Positions 1-12,547 of a DNA stretch of 64,000 bases are shown piece by piece. Positions within the stretch are counted from its first letter, which is position 1. Each line of letters begins with the position of its first letter. The translations under genes were made by a program, and so were the position numbers. A model generated the notes under the pieces. The model saw only the letters and a list, made by a program, of their open reading frames with translations. It was not told where the DNA came from and did not search any database. The stretch is from Amphiscolops sp. MND2022 (lineage: Eukaryota), in assembly GCA_964187785.1 (NCBI GenBank), contig OZ076409.1, positions 53,446,001 through 53,510,000 on the forward strand, read 5' to 3'.

Positions 1-924
1 TTTTTCGTGGAATTCTTGCATGACTGAACTGATTTCATATATAAGCATAATTGACTTTTCCAATATGTTTTCCAAACTGAGAACAACTCGAGCTACCGTG
101 AACTTCTTTGATTGATCCTAGATGATATTGACGGTAATTATGTGTCAGTAATGCATGTTCATTCAAAAACATCTTCCATGTTTACTCTTAAAACTAGATT
201 TAGTATGATTAAAAATCCATGGTAATAGTCAGTCCTATTAAGTCCTAATAGTTAGCCCTATCAAAAATCCATGCGGAAAACCACGGAGGGTTAACATAGG
301 TCCAACATATATAAAACTATTGAAAAGCCCACTCCATTTTAAATCCTTTGATCTTCATTGTCGGGAATTCAGAACCTTTTTGGTTGGAAATGTTTGAAAT
401 TTCACCACGGTTTTTGACAACTGGAAATGTACCAGTCTGGTAATTGATGATACTGTCTCAGATTTGCTTATCGAGTTAATATTTCGCAAAAATACCCGTG
501 TAGGTTGAAAAGTCCTTATATTCAAGTCTGAAATGATTGGTTTAAAAACGTAGAACGGTAAAAACCAACTAAAAATTTATTTAACTGTGGAATCAGGCAA
601 ACTAATACAAGTCTTTTCCCTTTACCTTTACCTTTACCAAAAGATGTTCGGTTTTCTTTCATTGTGTAAGTTCGCTTTGATAGTTGAGGCTTCAGCTGCC
701 AGTGACCATGTCTTGCAATTGTTATTTTTTTGTTAAAAGGTGCTTTGGACAGCGGAGCAATTTGAAACTTTTCGATGGATATTCTGGGTATCGTGATACG
801 TTAACTCTGAACCTGAATTGAAAGCTGTTTTATGGACTTTATTCAAATCTGATTGTCCTTTACATCAAAAAATCTTGTTACCAGTCGTTTTTCTATATTT
901 CTTGCTTCTTCCGAACTTCTAACT

Positions 925-3900
925 ATGAAATTATTCTCGCTATTTACTTTATTTCTCCAATTCCAAATTTGCCAAACTCGTCGAGTTCACGAAGTCAGCA
1001 AAATGTTGGATTTTCTGGTCGGAGACTCAGAAGGGTCGCCCAAATACGACAAAACCCTGCGACCAAACTTCGGGGGTCCGCCTTTAATAGTGGGTGTCAC
1101 TATCAACGTGGATTCTTTGGGCCCTATTGACGAAGTGAAAATGAACTTCCGGCTGGATCTTTCGTTCCGACAGTTTTGGAAAGATACAAGACTTGATTTC
1201 AGGGATGTCCAAATTATGATTAAAAGGCTCAAAATTTATGGTTATTGTTAAAATATGGTCATTTATTTGAACTTGAAAACATGACAAAATCAAAAACATT
1301 TGCCAGCACATTTTCCCCTGAATCTGAGAAATGTCTGCACGGAAATTTTCTGCAATGGTTACAACTTGCAAGACCTAAACTCTTTCTAAAGAGAAAAAAT
1401 TTATATTCATTGAAGAAATATAAATTCATAACACTTCTAATTTGGACATACCTTTTTGTACCTTCAGCCAATACCCTGGTCCAGACACTTATGACAGTGA
1501 GTTATAAACATTGATGCATTTAATCAAACTTTAGGATTCAAGACTGGAATGAAATGGAAACCAGTCTCAGTGATGTTGTAAAAGACTGAAAATTCATATC
1601 ATTTTCTCGATTCTTGAGAAAATTCCCGGTAACGATGGGATTTTGAGCCGAAAAGGCGCCGTAAAACCTAACTTGTGCAAAGCGGTGGGGCGGTATCCAT
1701 TTCATCTTCGCGCTCTAAGCTTCCATATTGATACCATAAATTTCCAGAAAAGAGAAGCGTTATTGATGGTGTGCGAAAATGTCATAATCGTTTATTCTAT
1801 TCTGCCGTTCCTCTAAAAGTAATGACAACAGGGTGTTGACGAATAACGACCTTCGCGCAATCAAAATAAAAGAGTTAGATAGCAAGTGTAATTTATGATT
1901 TATGGCAAAATGACATGGTTTGACACTTGAGTTCAATTTGGCACTTTGTTAGCAATTAAGTAATTTATTTCACACCAAAATACTTTTTTTCACACCTGTC
2001 ATCAAGCTCTATCACACAGGGTATCCATGTTTTTAATTGGATCTGAGCGTGAATTGGATTCCATTGTGCGAGATGAGATTGTGCAGTGGATGTTTGAAAA
2101 TGAGAGAACATTGAAATCTTTACTATTTTTTCTGCAAGATATTCTGATCTGGCTTTTTGGAAAATTTAACAGTAATTATTACACTGAGCACCAGTGACAA
2201 AAGTACTCAGCTGACAAAAGTAAAAATCCGAAATAATCGCAAATATTCAGTAATGAGAATTATTTTCGAAATTGTCTTCATAAAACTTCAGAGATGGTAA
2301 AACTAGAGCGTGTTTAACCAGATCTTTTCAAAATGCTTACTGAAAAACCTAAAGCTTTATATGGTCCGCTTCTATTGTCCATAATAATATTTTAAAGTAC
2401 ATAACGAAAGTGCATCAGATAACTTACTCTGTTTCAGAGAACTTGACTCTGTCCCACGACTTTCTGAAGCGTATCTGGGTGCCCGATACTTACTTCCCCG
2501 ACTCATTGTCGTCATCGAAGCAAGATGTCATGGTCCCAAATGTCCTCATTCGTCTATCACCCGATGGCTCCATTCTATACAGGCAAGTTCACTCAATATG
2601 AATCCGTTCGTCTCTGGTTGCCTACCAAAGTAGCTGAAGATTATAAAATTAGTTCTGTTTGATCATTTATCAGAAGTGAAAAAAATTGCTACGAAGTTTG
2701 TGGCCAGAAACATGCTTTTTTCTGGTGGGAAAGATTGAGAAGCGCCAAAAAAAACCACGCCCTATCTGGCATTGTTCAATAATTTAACACGTTTTCGATT
2801 TAGGTTGCATCTTTCTATGATTTGATTGAGCGTAAATGACACCCACAGTGCAATAAATATTCCATGAATTTTGCCCTAATTAAAACATCGACGTTTTATT
2901 TGCAGCAGCCGAACAACAGTAATTGCGAAATGTCCAATGGATCTCGAAGTTTTTCCCATGGACACTCAAGAATGTCGCTTATTGGTGGAATGCTATGGAT
3001 ACACAGCCAATGAGATCCATCTGCAGTGGCACGTAGGAAACAAGAGTGTTGACCTGCCTGAGAACATACCACTAGCACAGTTTGGGGTCATAGGTCACTT
3101 CCTTCTAAATTATACTCTCCACTTTTCAACAGGATCGTTCTCTGACCTCGAGGTCAAGTTTCTCTTCAAGCGTGACCTCTTGTACTTCATTTTACAGAGC
3201 TATGTGCCCAGTACATTCATTGTCATGTGCTCCATGGTAAGCATGAAACCATTTTTTAGCAAAAAAAATTCGTCCAAGGTTGAATTTCAGGGACGAGCGA
3301 TTACACCTAGTTTCCTTGTTTGTTTACACCTTGTGTTTTGTTTTATTGTTTTTGAGTTTGAGTTTGAGGTAATCATGTAACAATCAAAAAGGCGTCTAAT
3401 TAGATGCATTTGAAAAATAATTAAAGGAAATTAAACGGAAATGAGATTTTTATTGTAACAAGATTTGTGATGAAACATATCAGGATTACTCTTATCTAAT
3501 ATGTTTGCAATTCCATTTCATTGGATATGGTATGGCTCTCTCCTTGAGCGATACTTGGCATTTATTCATGCAAAAAAAACAATAAGTTGACTGTCTTTTA
3601 CTGTTTCTGAATATAGCCTTCGATTCAGCTAAATAAACTCAAATTTATTGGTCTGGATTCAAGCATATCAAGGCATTCAGTTTTGCCGATTTTCATTGAC
3701 ATCCAGACTGGAAAACATTTGCAGCCTGAAGGCCACAATATTGAATTTTGATACGCTTGTAAAACGCTCATTTCGTTTGTAATGTTCAGGATTTTTTAAA
3801 CAAAAATAGTCCGGCGAAGTTATTTCTTTGCCTGAAAACATGAAAAATACTAACGTTTTGAGATATGATTGAAACAAAAGTTCTTTTGAATTCAAAAAAC

Positions 3901-6900
3901 ATGAATGTGAATTGATCATGAACTGATGCGACCGAAAATACGAACGTTTCCGGCTTGCAAAGTTAAATATAATTGACTTTGATTTGTGACAATTATTTTG
4001 ATCGATCCTAGTTCCAAAGCATGGTTCTTTTATTTGTTTGTTCATCTCAAAGTTTCGAATTGAGAAATCTTTGAGTGTCTTCATTTCTTTCCTTCCAGGT
4101 GGCGTTTTGGATCAACAGAGAGGGCATCCCGGGACGGGCGTGCCTGTCTATCACGACAGTGCTTAGTCTGATCACTCTGATTGGTTCTACCAACTCCAAA
4201 CTTCCTAACGTCTCGGCAGTCAAAGCCCTGGATGTCTATTTCGGACTCTGCTTCGTGTATGTTTTCGGGGGGCTGTTCGAATTCGCCACTGTCATTTACC
4301 TAAGTTGGTATCTTTCTGCAACAATGGTTTCAGAATGATGTTTGCTCTGTTTTGGAGACAAGTTTTCTGAAAATGTATTTTATCCACGTAAACTTCAATC
4401 ATTGGCTCATGAATCGTAATGCCATGGACCATTGAATGGAGCCCATAGAGCTACAATGAATCATGGATAATCATTATTCGTGAAATCATTTTTACAATTT
4501 TGGGCGTGTTACAGTTTATGGATTATCAAATTATGATCAAAAAAGCTAGGATCCTCCATGATTTTATGGACTACAGCTGATTATAACTTGTGTTTTCACC
4601 AAGAAAACTGCAATCATTTCATTCTAAAAGGCCACTTAAAAACGAGTTCTCGCCTTGTTGAACGTTTTCATTATTCTAATTTATGAAGTCTTTCGAAAAT
4701 TTGACAAAAAATGAATGAAATTGTAAAAAAAACGAATGAAATTGTAAAATTGTAAAATCAAAGTTTTGATATTTCGGTCCAATGTGAGGCCTTTTTCTAA
4801 TAAAAATCTGCTTTTTACTTCAAAGAATCCTCGTGGACAGCGATATTTTTCCTGACTGGACGTTTTAAACATTCTAACTGTTGTATACCAATGGAATAAA
4901 GAAGTTTGGGAATGTAATACTGTATTGTACGTAAGATTAAGTTATAGTGTCCACTATATCGTACTACAGATGACATTAAAGTTACTAGCAGGTATGTTAT
5001 GTAATTAACATAAAAGGTCATAGAGTAAGTAAGAATTATGTAACATTGCGTTACTATTGACCTTCAACTGTATTCATGTCACATTCCCCCCTGGTAGGAA
5101 GTTATCTAGTATAATTGATAACTGTATTTTATAACACAAATTTAGATTACATGTATAAACAAAAAGGTTGTATCAACTCAATTGTTGATAATGAGTCCGT
5201 TCAGTTTCTTGTTTAAGATTTGACGGTGCTTCTCGCCTCGATACCATGTTACTGGTTTCTTCACGTTCCTCCTGTTTTCTCTTCCGGTCCTCCTCAGTCT
5301 GATTGTGTGTTTCCGCTGGCTTGGCTGTTTATTCGTTTAACGGTGTTTCCTGTAAATATCAGAATGTTACTGGATTTCCGTATCTTATTATCGGATTATT
5401 TGTTCTTATTCTAGAAGATTTTCTAGTTTGTATGTTTGTATTGTTTGTTTCAATTGTATCTGGTAACTCCGTTATTTCAGTTTTTATTTGGTTTTGATTG
5501 TTTTGGTTTTGATTTTCGTTACCGTTGTTGTCGACGATGGTGATTGTTGTCGGGTCCTCGGCTATTGCCTCCATTGCTTGCTCTAGTTGTTCTTCACTCA
5601 TTCTGTCCACGTGGAGTTTTAGGTTGTTTTCTCCCGGGTTTTTTTTCCTTGGTTGTCTTCTTTCTTCCTCTTCCGATTTGTATCGGTGGTGTGAAATCAA
5701 AGCTGGTTTCCATCCCCTCTACTGATGTTTCTGCCGTTGGAGTACTTGCTCGTCTTTCATCGGTCTCGGTTTGTGTTTCTTCTTCTTCCTCTTCTTCGTC
5801 TTCTGAGTCTGATTGTATGGATGTCTGGACAAATCTTCCGTCTCTGCCTCGACGGTTTCCTCCTCTTCTTGATAGGGGGTTCTGAAATGAGTTTGGTAAT
5901 GGCTTACTTATCCGTTTCTTGTGTCTTATTTTATTTGTATCCGTCGTTATTGTGTGTTTGGTTTCAGCTACTGCTGTTTGTGGATTTGTATCGTATTCAC
6001 TTTCAAATTTGTTTTTATTTTGTTTTTTCTCTAGGAATTTGTATGGAAGGTTATTACTAACATCGCATTTCAGCTTTCGAGGGGTTTTCATGATGAGTTG
6101 ATCATATCCTCCTCGCCCGTTGTTGAACGAGTAGACTTGTAGGGTCTCCGGTTGTGCTGAAACATAATTATTTTTGTCCGTTGGTAAGTTTAAGTAGCTG
6201 GTTAATTCCGTTCGTGGCTTTCGACCATAATGTCTTTCGAACGGTGTTTCTTTAGTTTTTGAGTGGATGGTCGTTCGCATTATCATCAGGGACTGGTATA
6301 GAGCATCATTTAAGTTGCATTTGTCTTCTAAATTAGTTCTCATTAAATCTTTCAGTGTTTTTATTCCCCTTTCTCCTAGTCCCGTAGCTGTGTGTATATA
6401 TGGTGTGCCATATATTAGTTTAATGTGTAGGTTTTTACACTTTTGTCTAAACTCTTTTCCGGTAAAGGCGGTACCTTTATCTGTTCTAATTACTTGTGGG
6501 ATACCGTTCAGTAGTATGTACTGTTGTAGAAAAAATTTCGCTGTTTTGCCTGTAGGAGCTTCACATATGCAGGCTGCCGGCCATCTGCTATACCGGTCAA
6601 TAGATATCAGTATGTAAAATCGCCGGTGTTTGAATCTTATTGGTCCGATGAAATCAAATTGGATTTCCTCGTTTGGTTTTTCTACCGGAGGTAAGTAATT
6701 TATCTCCGTCATTGGTATTTGTGGTTTTATACTCTTACCTGACATTTTGCAGGGAATGCACTCGTTGCATTTCGTCTGAATGTCCTTGTTGAGTTTTGGC
6801 CACCAGAAGGGTTTGGCTGCATGTGTCATCTTGTTGATGGCGGGGTGGCCTTTGTGTAGTAATAAGATGACTGTTTTTCGTAGTGGTTTCGGGATTACTA

Positions 6901-9900
6901 TTTTGTCATTATAGAACACTACTCCAAATCGTGTCGACATGTTTTTGTGGTGTTCCTTGTATTCGTCTGGTATTTGTTCGTAACTTCTCCTCTCCAGGCA
7001 TACCAGTGTTTTGATTAATTTTTCGTCGTTTGTTGTTTCGTCTGCAATTGTTCTTAAATCGGTTGAAAACTTTTGTTCGGCCTGACGAATGGTTTCTTCT
7101 AAGTCCCATTCTTCGTTGTATTGCACTTTGCTCGCCGTTCCCATTTGTATGTATCGTACACTGGTCGCCCCCAGGTATCTCTTGAAGTTGATCGCCGGTA
7201 CAGCGATTGTTTGGTCGGAGTCCGACGACATTGTTTCTATTTCGTCTTGTTCTTGTGATTGTTGTGTGTTACTGCTTGTCCCGGTGTCGTCCCTTTTTGG
7301 CTTCGCTCTGATTTTTTCGATAACTCTATGGAATTCTCTTTTTCTCTCTAGTTCTTCTTCTGTCTCTCTGCTGTTATTTTCCATTCGTTTCCATAACAAT
7401 CTGTTTCTTTTCTGCCACAGCTCAACTTCGATTCGTTTCTGTTCTGCCCGCAGTGCTCTGGATGGGATGTATTTTTTCCATTGTCCCTGCGTGAATCTGT
7501 AGTCGCCTGGTTTTGTTATCTCCTTCCATCTTGTTGTTAATCTCAGTGTTTCTTCCGATGGGTCGTCCTTTTCGATAGATTCGATTGTTTTAATATCCAT
7601 TCTGTTTTCTACGGTTTGGTTTGTGTCAGCTGTATTTGAACGTACTTTGCTTTTTGAAGATTTCAATGACCACTGTTTGTCTTGTTCGTACTCGCTGAGT
7701 TGTATTTTGTTCACGCTTCTTGTTTGTGATTGGTTGTTTGCTGACGCTGCTACTTCGTCCGTTTGTGCTTCTACTTTCCTTTCATTGGTGATGCTACCGT
7801 GTGTGTTGATGAACTCCAGTAAGGGTATCACGCAATTAATTACGTATTCTTCGTCGTAATTCTCAATTGGCTCCGGCTTTGAAATCGGGTTTCTACTCAA
7901 ATAATCCGTCAATTTTAGATGCTTGCCAGCAATGTGCTTTATGTTTATATCAAAGTGTGCTAATCGATCCAACCATCTTGTTAATCTTGCGCTATAAGTT
8001 TTATTTGATCTGTTTCGTTTAATTAGTGGTTCCAGCGCTTGGTGATCGGTTAGTAGCTCAATTGATTTTCCATAAACATATAAGCGAAAATGTTCCAGTC
8101 CCCACACTACTGCTAGTAGCTCTAGCTCGTTTATCGCATATTTTTTTTCGGTGTCCGATAAAAATCTGCTTGCAAAGCCAACCGGCTTCAGATTTCCGTC
8201 TTTTTGTTTTTGCCACAGTGTAGCGCCTAGTCCCTTTGTACTTGCGTCGGATGTTAGGATATTTTCTTTATTCGAGTTGTAGTGCGCTAGACATGGCAAT
8301 TGGGTGATTAATTTCTTTAAGTTGTTGAATGCTTCTGTGTGTTCTTCTGTCCAGATCCATTCGTTTTGTTTTTTCAGTAGTTTTCTGAGTATATCTGTCT
8401 GTGCTGATAGATTTTTGATGTATTTTGACAGATATTGTATTGCTCCCAGGAAGGATTTTAGTTCTTTTTCGTTTTTTGGTATGTTTATTTTTGTTATTGC
8501 TTCCAATTTGTCTTGTAGTGGTCTGATGCCGTCTTGGTTTATTTGGTGTCCCACCCATTCAGCCTCTTTCTTGAAAAATTCGCATTTTTTCGGGTGTAGT
8601 CTATATCCTGCTTCGTCTAATTTTTTCATTGTTTCTTTTACTTCCGACTCGTGTTTCTCTATTGTTCCTTTGGTTACGATTATGATGTCATCTAGCCAAG
8701 CGGGGTGTTTGAATTCCAGTGTTCTGTCTATCCGTTCCTGGAAAATTGTTGGGATGTCCGCCAGTCCGTAAAAGCCTTTCAAGAAACGGTAGTATCCCGT
8801 AAATTCTCCGCCTGTAACGGTGAAAATACATAGATTTCTTGTATTTTCGTTCAATTTGATTTGACCGTAAGCATAATCGAAATCTAGTTTTGTTATCCAT
8901 ATTTCTCCTTCTTGTTCTTCCGATATCTTCCGTGATATTCTGGATATTAGCTCTTCCATGTTCGGCATTTGTGCTTTCTTTTTAATTGTTGCTTCGTTTA
9001 ATTTTCTTGAATCCAGTGCAATTTTTATTGATTTGTCTTTCTTCACCGTGATGACTGCCGGGCTCACGAAACAATCTTCGGTTATTTCTGTGGCCCTTTC
9101 CAAGTATCCGTTCTTGATTAGTCTTTTTATTTCTTCCGCTACTTGATTTTGAAGGTGAATTGGTACTGGTCTTCCCTTTTGTTGTATTATTTTTGCGTCT
9201 TCTTTCAGGTCGATTTTTACTTCCAAATCTTTTATTTCCGTGTTGTTGTAAAATAGATCTTTAAATTCCTTCTTCAGTTTGAGGATCTTCTTTTCAGTTT
9301 CGTCCATTTTGATGTTGTGTATTTTGATATCGTCAGTTGTTGTGTTTACTGTTATTCCAAGCCGTTTCATCCAGTCTAGTCCCATTAACGGTGTAATGTT
9401 TGTTTTGGTAATTAATAGTGGCAGTTGGAGTGTTGTACTGTTGGTTTTCACCAGTGCTTTTGTTTGTCCCAGGAAATCGATTTTGTTGTCGTTTACGTCT
9501 TTGTAATTGGTTTTGAGTTCTTCCACTTCGGTAATTTTGTTAAATAAGCGTTGTGGTATCAAAGTTACTGGGGACCCGCTGTCTATTATAAATTTTATTG
9601 GTGCGTTGTTAACCAATAGTGTTGCGTGTAGATACTCTCCGTTCTTTTTGTTGTTATTTATTCTTTGTATTTTATTGTAGTCCCAGTTGTCTTCTTCTGC
9701 TGATGATGATACTTTGTCCACATGTTGTATTCTTTTCGGAAGTCTACACATTTTTTCGTAATGCCCCCTCTTTTTACAATTTCTGCAATCTACCGATTTG
9801 GCTGGGCATATGTGTTGTCTGGACCAGTTAGGTGCTCCGCATTGTCCGCACCGGTTATCTTTGTATCTTGGTTTTTGGTACTCCGGTCGTTTTTTGTTTT

Positions 9901-12315
9901 TGTCGTAACTGGTCCTCTGACCATTTTCTTTTTTTCGACCTTTCTTGTACATGTTTTATGTTCCTTCCGTCATTGGAATTGTTTGAGTCGTTTAACCGGT
10001 CATACATATATTCATGTATTAGATCGGTTATCGTTTCATTGGTCATGTTGCTTTTCCGGATTTTCTTTTTGAGTTCGTAGTCTCCCGTTGATCTCCCGAT
10101 TAGGGATAGGAATTTCGATGCAATAAGTTCGGCTGGGGTAACGTTGTCAAATTCGCAGTTTTTCTCGGTCTGCAATATTCGTGTCCAAACGTCTTCAGCC
10201 GTTTCGTTCGGTTCTCTCGTTATTCCGAAGAAATCTGCCCGGCTGTGGAATTTGTTTCTTTCTGGTATAAAGTGGAGGCGGAATAATATGTAGAGTTGGT
10301 TGATGTTCATTTTGTTTGGATCGTTGTCTCTCACCGTTTTTGTCATTTCTGTAACGGCTTCTTCTCCCAATGCCCAGATAAAAATGTCTTTTATTTTTAT
10401 CTCCAATTCTTCACGATATTCTTCCAATATCTCTTTGTCTGTTGTCATTGTATTCAAGTCTATTTTCTGGGTCATTTTGACATACTGAGTAAATCGTCGC
10501 CACCATAGCTTCGCTTCTTGTATGGTTTTCTTCTCGAATATTGGTAGTGTTATTTTTTGGTGTGTTGTTGTCCGTCCTTTTTTGTCTCCAGATTCTTCAA
10601 TTGAAGAGTTTCTGCTATTGGATTCCGCGGAGTTGTTTTCGTTCTTTTGACTCATTCTGACTGCGCCATGTTGTATACCAATGGAATAAAGAAGTTTGGG
10701 AATGTAATACTGTATTGTACGTAAGATTAAGTTATAGTGTCCACTATATCGTACTACAGATGACATTAAAGTTACTAGCAGGTATGTTATGTAATTAACA
10801 TAAAAGGTCATAGAGTAAGTAAGAATTATGTAACATTGCGTTACTATTGACCTTCAACTGTATTCATGTCACACTAACCTACCAAGTCTATCGAAAATAT
10901 GACAAAAATTGCAGAAAATTGTAAAAAATCGGAAATTTTTGATATTTTTGTTAATTTAGGTCTCAATGTGAGGCATTTTTCTACTGAAAATCTGCCTTTT
11001 CTTTTCAAAGAAGCTCCTGGACAAGGAATTCTTTCATTGTTGAACGTTTTTAACATTCTAAGCCACCAAGTCTATCGAAAATTTGACAAAAATTGCTCAA
11101 AAACGTAAAAAAAATTGGAAAAATTTTGCAAATTTTCACATTTTTGGGTCCTTCTAGGGTCCTTGGGGTCAACGAGAAAAGTTCAAAAATCTTCACAAAT
11201 ACATATCGCATGGAGCCAAATTCATGTGAGTTGAAATCTACGGGTGACACCATTTAAATTGAATATAAATTTGGTGCTTGTCGGAAATGGAATATGGGGG
11301 AAAACAATAAAGCTAAGGAAACAAGAAAGTTCATGAATTCTGGGAAAGATTTGATAGTTCTGTGAGGGTCATGAACGCCATTATAACTTGCAGGCAGCAA
11401 AGAGAAGAAGATGTATGCGGTGATGAATGAGAGGAAGAAAAAGAAAGAGGAGTATTGGAACAAGCTGTTGCAAACGAGGGAGTCCAATCTCCTGTCTGAC
11501 CTGGACCTCTATCTCATCTCCAACGTGGTGGATGACTCAGTCGACAAGTACATAGAGGCCGAGTAAGAACAGCCTTTGATGCTTTGGATTTGAAGCATAA
11601 AAGTATTAGAGGGAGAAAAAGTTATGAAAATGAATAACGGGTAAAAACGTAAATACTAATAATTCGATGCGTAAATAATTCTACGATGATGAAAACAATA
11701 TTGCAACAATAAAAAATCAAGTGTTGGAATACACTAAGTCACTATTTTGAAACCTCATCAAAATCTTCGTAAAATGTCAATGGAGAAGTTGAAATATAGC
11801 ATCAAAACAATCTGATATCGTGTTTGTCATAGAAGTGAGTCAAACTTTGCATCGAGAACTTTCAAAAATATGCTAAAACATTTGGGACAATTTCAATTAT
11901 CCCCTAAAACGAACTATAACCTTAAAAAACTGAACAAAAACTTGCGATAAAAAGTAAAAAAAATGGAATGAACTAAGGATTGTTCAACGTGGAAATGGGA
12001 AGCAACTATTTTTTTCACAGAAAACGTGGAATAACCGGTCAAGAATTCATCCAACGAAACGGACTGACATCTTGTGTGAAATCGTCCTCGCAGCAAGAAG
12101 CACTGGTGAGCATTGCATCTGAGATTAGACGAGCCTCCATGGCTGTCCAAGCAATCCTTCCCCAAGTAGACAAACCCAAGAAACCCAGAATCACAGCCAG
12201 CCGCATAGAAGTGTGTGCACGCATCTGCTTTCCAACATCCTTTCTCATTTTCGTCACCATTTACTGGATGTACTACTTGTACCTGTCAAAGTTACAGATG
12301 AAGCCCCGTGAATAA
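925..12315 (+). CDS. Cys-loop ligand-gated ion channel subunit, anion-selective type (GABA-A/glycine/GluCl-like), 6 exons
   Basis: Exons: 925-~1240 (donor uncertain), 2438-2582, 2906-3236, 4099-4303, 11394-11562 (absent from ORF track), 12021-12315. Motifs: signal-peptide-like N-terminus, YDKTLRP, FRQFWKDTRL, IWVPDTYF, Cys-loop CPMDLEVFPMDTQEC, loop B ECYGY, M1 YFILQSYVPS, M2 PGRACLSITTVLSLITL, M3 VKALDVY..EFATV, M4 SRIEVCARICFPTSFLIFVTIYW. Splice phases agree from exon 2 onward. Confidence 0.93.
5359..9920 (-). CDS. pol: Gag C-terminus plus Pol (two CCHC knuckles, protease, RT, RNase H, integrase); second frameshift near 5640
   Basis: CGQCG..H.C and CRNCKKRGHYEKMC; IIDSGS protease; LDFDYAYGQ..WLDD RT; TSDAS..ELELLAVVW..TDHQ..DYLSR RNase H; H..GH..C..C and D,D,E integrase; tail RKSSRIRTNNPIIRYG lies in the shifted frame 5359-5700. 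Confidence 0.92.
9855..10655 (-). CDS. gag: Gag N-terminal part of intronic Gypsy element (frameshifted before the zinc knuckles)
   Basis: ATG at 10655, 13 nt after the LTR; WWRRFTQYV and FFGITREPNETAEDVWTRILQTEKNCEF capsid-like motifs. Confidence 0.85.
   Translation of the reverse strand: MSQKNENNSAESNSRNSSIEESGDKKGRTTTHQKITLPIFEKKTIQEAKLWWRRFTQYVKMTQKIDLNTMTTDKEILEEYREELEIKIKDIFIWALGEEAVTEMTKTVRDNDPNKMNINQLYILFRLHFIPERNKFHSRADFFGITREPNETAEDVWTRILQTEKNCEFDNVTPAELIASKFLSLIGRSTGDYELKKKIRKSNMTNETITDLIHEYMYDRLNDSNNSNDGRNIKHVQERSKKRKWSEDQLRQKQKTTGVPKTKIQR
10874..11257. repeat. Non-autonomous DNA-transposon-like repeat hosting the Gypsy insertion (continues at ~4630-4878); related inverted copy at ~25826-26225
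   Basis: Internal repeats ttgaacgtttt..cattctaa; terminus gggtgacaccatttaa matches ttaaagggtgtcaccc at 25826; TTAA followed by purines resembles Kolobok ends. Confidence 0.45.
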
Positions 12316-12404
12316 CAAGTAGAAACAAGCGGGAAAATTAGCTATGTTTGAATGAATCAATACTATATAAATCCTTCGTGATAAATTGATAGAATGTCCT
12401 ATTC

Positions 12405-12410
12405 AATAAA
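12405..12410 (+). promoter_or_regulatory. Candidate polyadenylation signal of the ion channel gene
   Basis: AATAAA 90 nt after the stop codon. Confidence 0.5.
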
Positions 12411-12547
12411 AATTGCTTGAAGTTTAGTTTTACCGCTTGAAGCTCTTTTCAAATTTTGACGGCCTGACTGTTATTGTAAAAAAGTCGAACTTTGTGGTGC
12501 ACAACTGTTTCTGACGCATAAGTAATTTTTTAACTGTGCTTAAGGAA

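Larger units (their letters stand above)
4879..10873 (-). mobile_element. Full-length Gypsy/Ty3 (Mag-like) LTR retrotransposon in intron 4 of the ion channel gene
   Basis: Identical 205-bp TG..CA LTRs at 4879-5083 and 10669-10873; 5-bp TSD CTAAC (4874-4878, 10874-10878); PBS TGGCGCAGTC (tRNA-Ser-like) adjacent to the 5' LTR; PPT AGGGGGGAA before the 3' LTR; gag-PR-RT-RH-IN order. Confidence 0.97.

Noticed and set aside
9900..9940. Programmed gag-pol frameshift
   Set aside because: Lies upstream of the zinc knuckles, needs +1, and the sister element is in frame here
5220..10508. Many plus-strand ORFs over the Gypsy elements, and other short ORFs in repeats
   Set aside because: Antisense shadows of gag-pol or low-complexity repeat frames with no recognisable motifs
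10656..10811. N-terminal 52 aa of ORF 9855-10811
   Set aside because: Mostly LTR sequence, duplicated at ~4879-5021; the likelier gag start is ATG 10655
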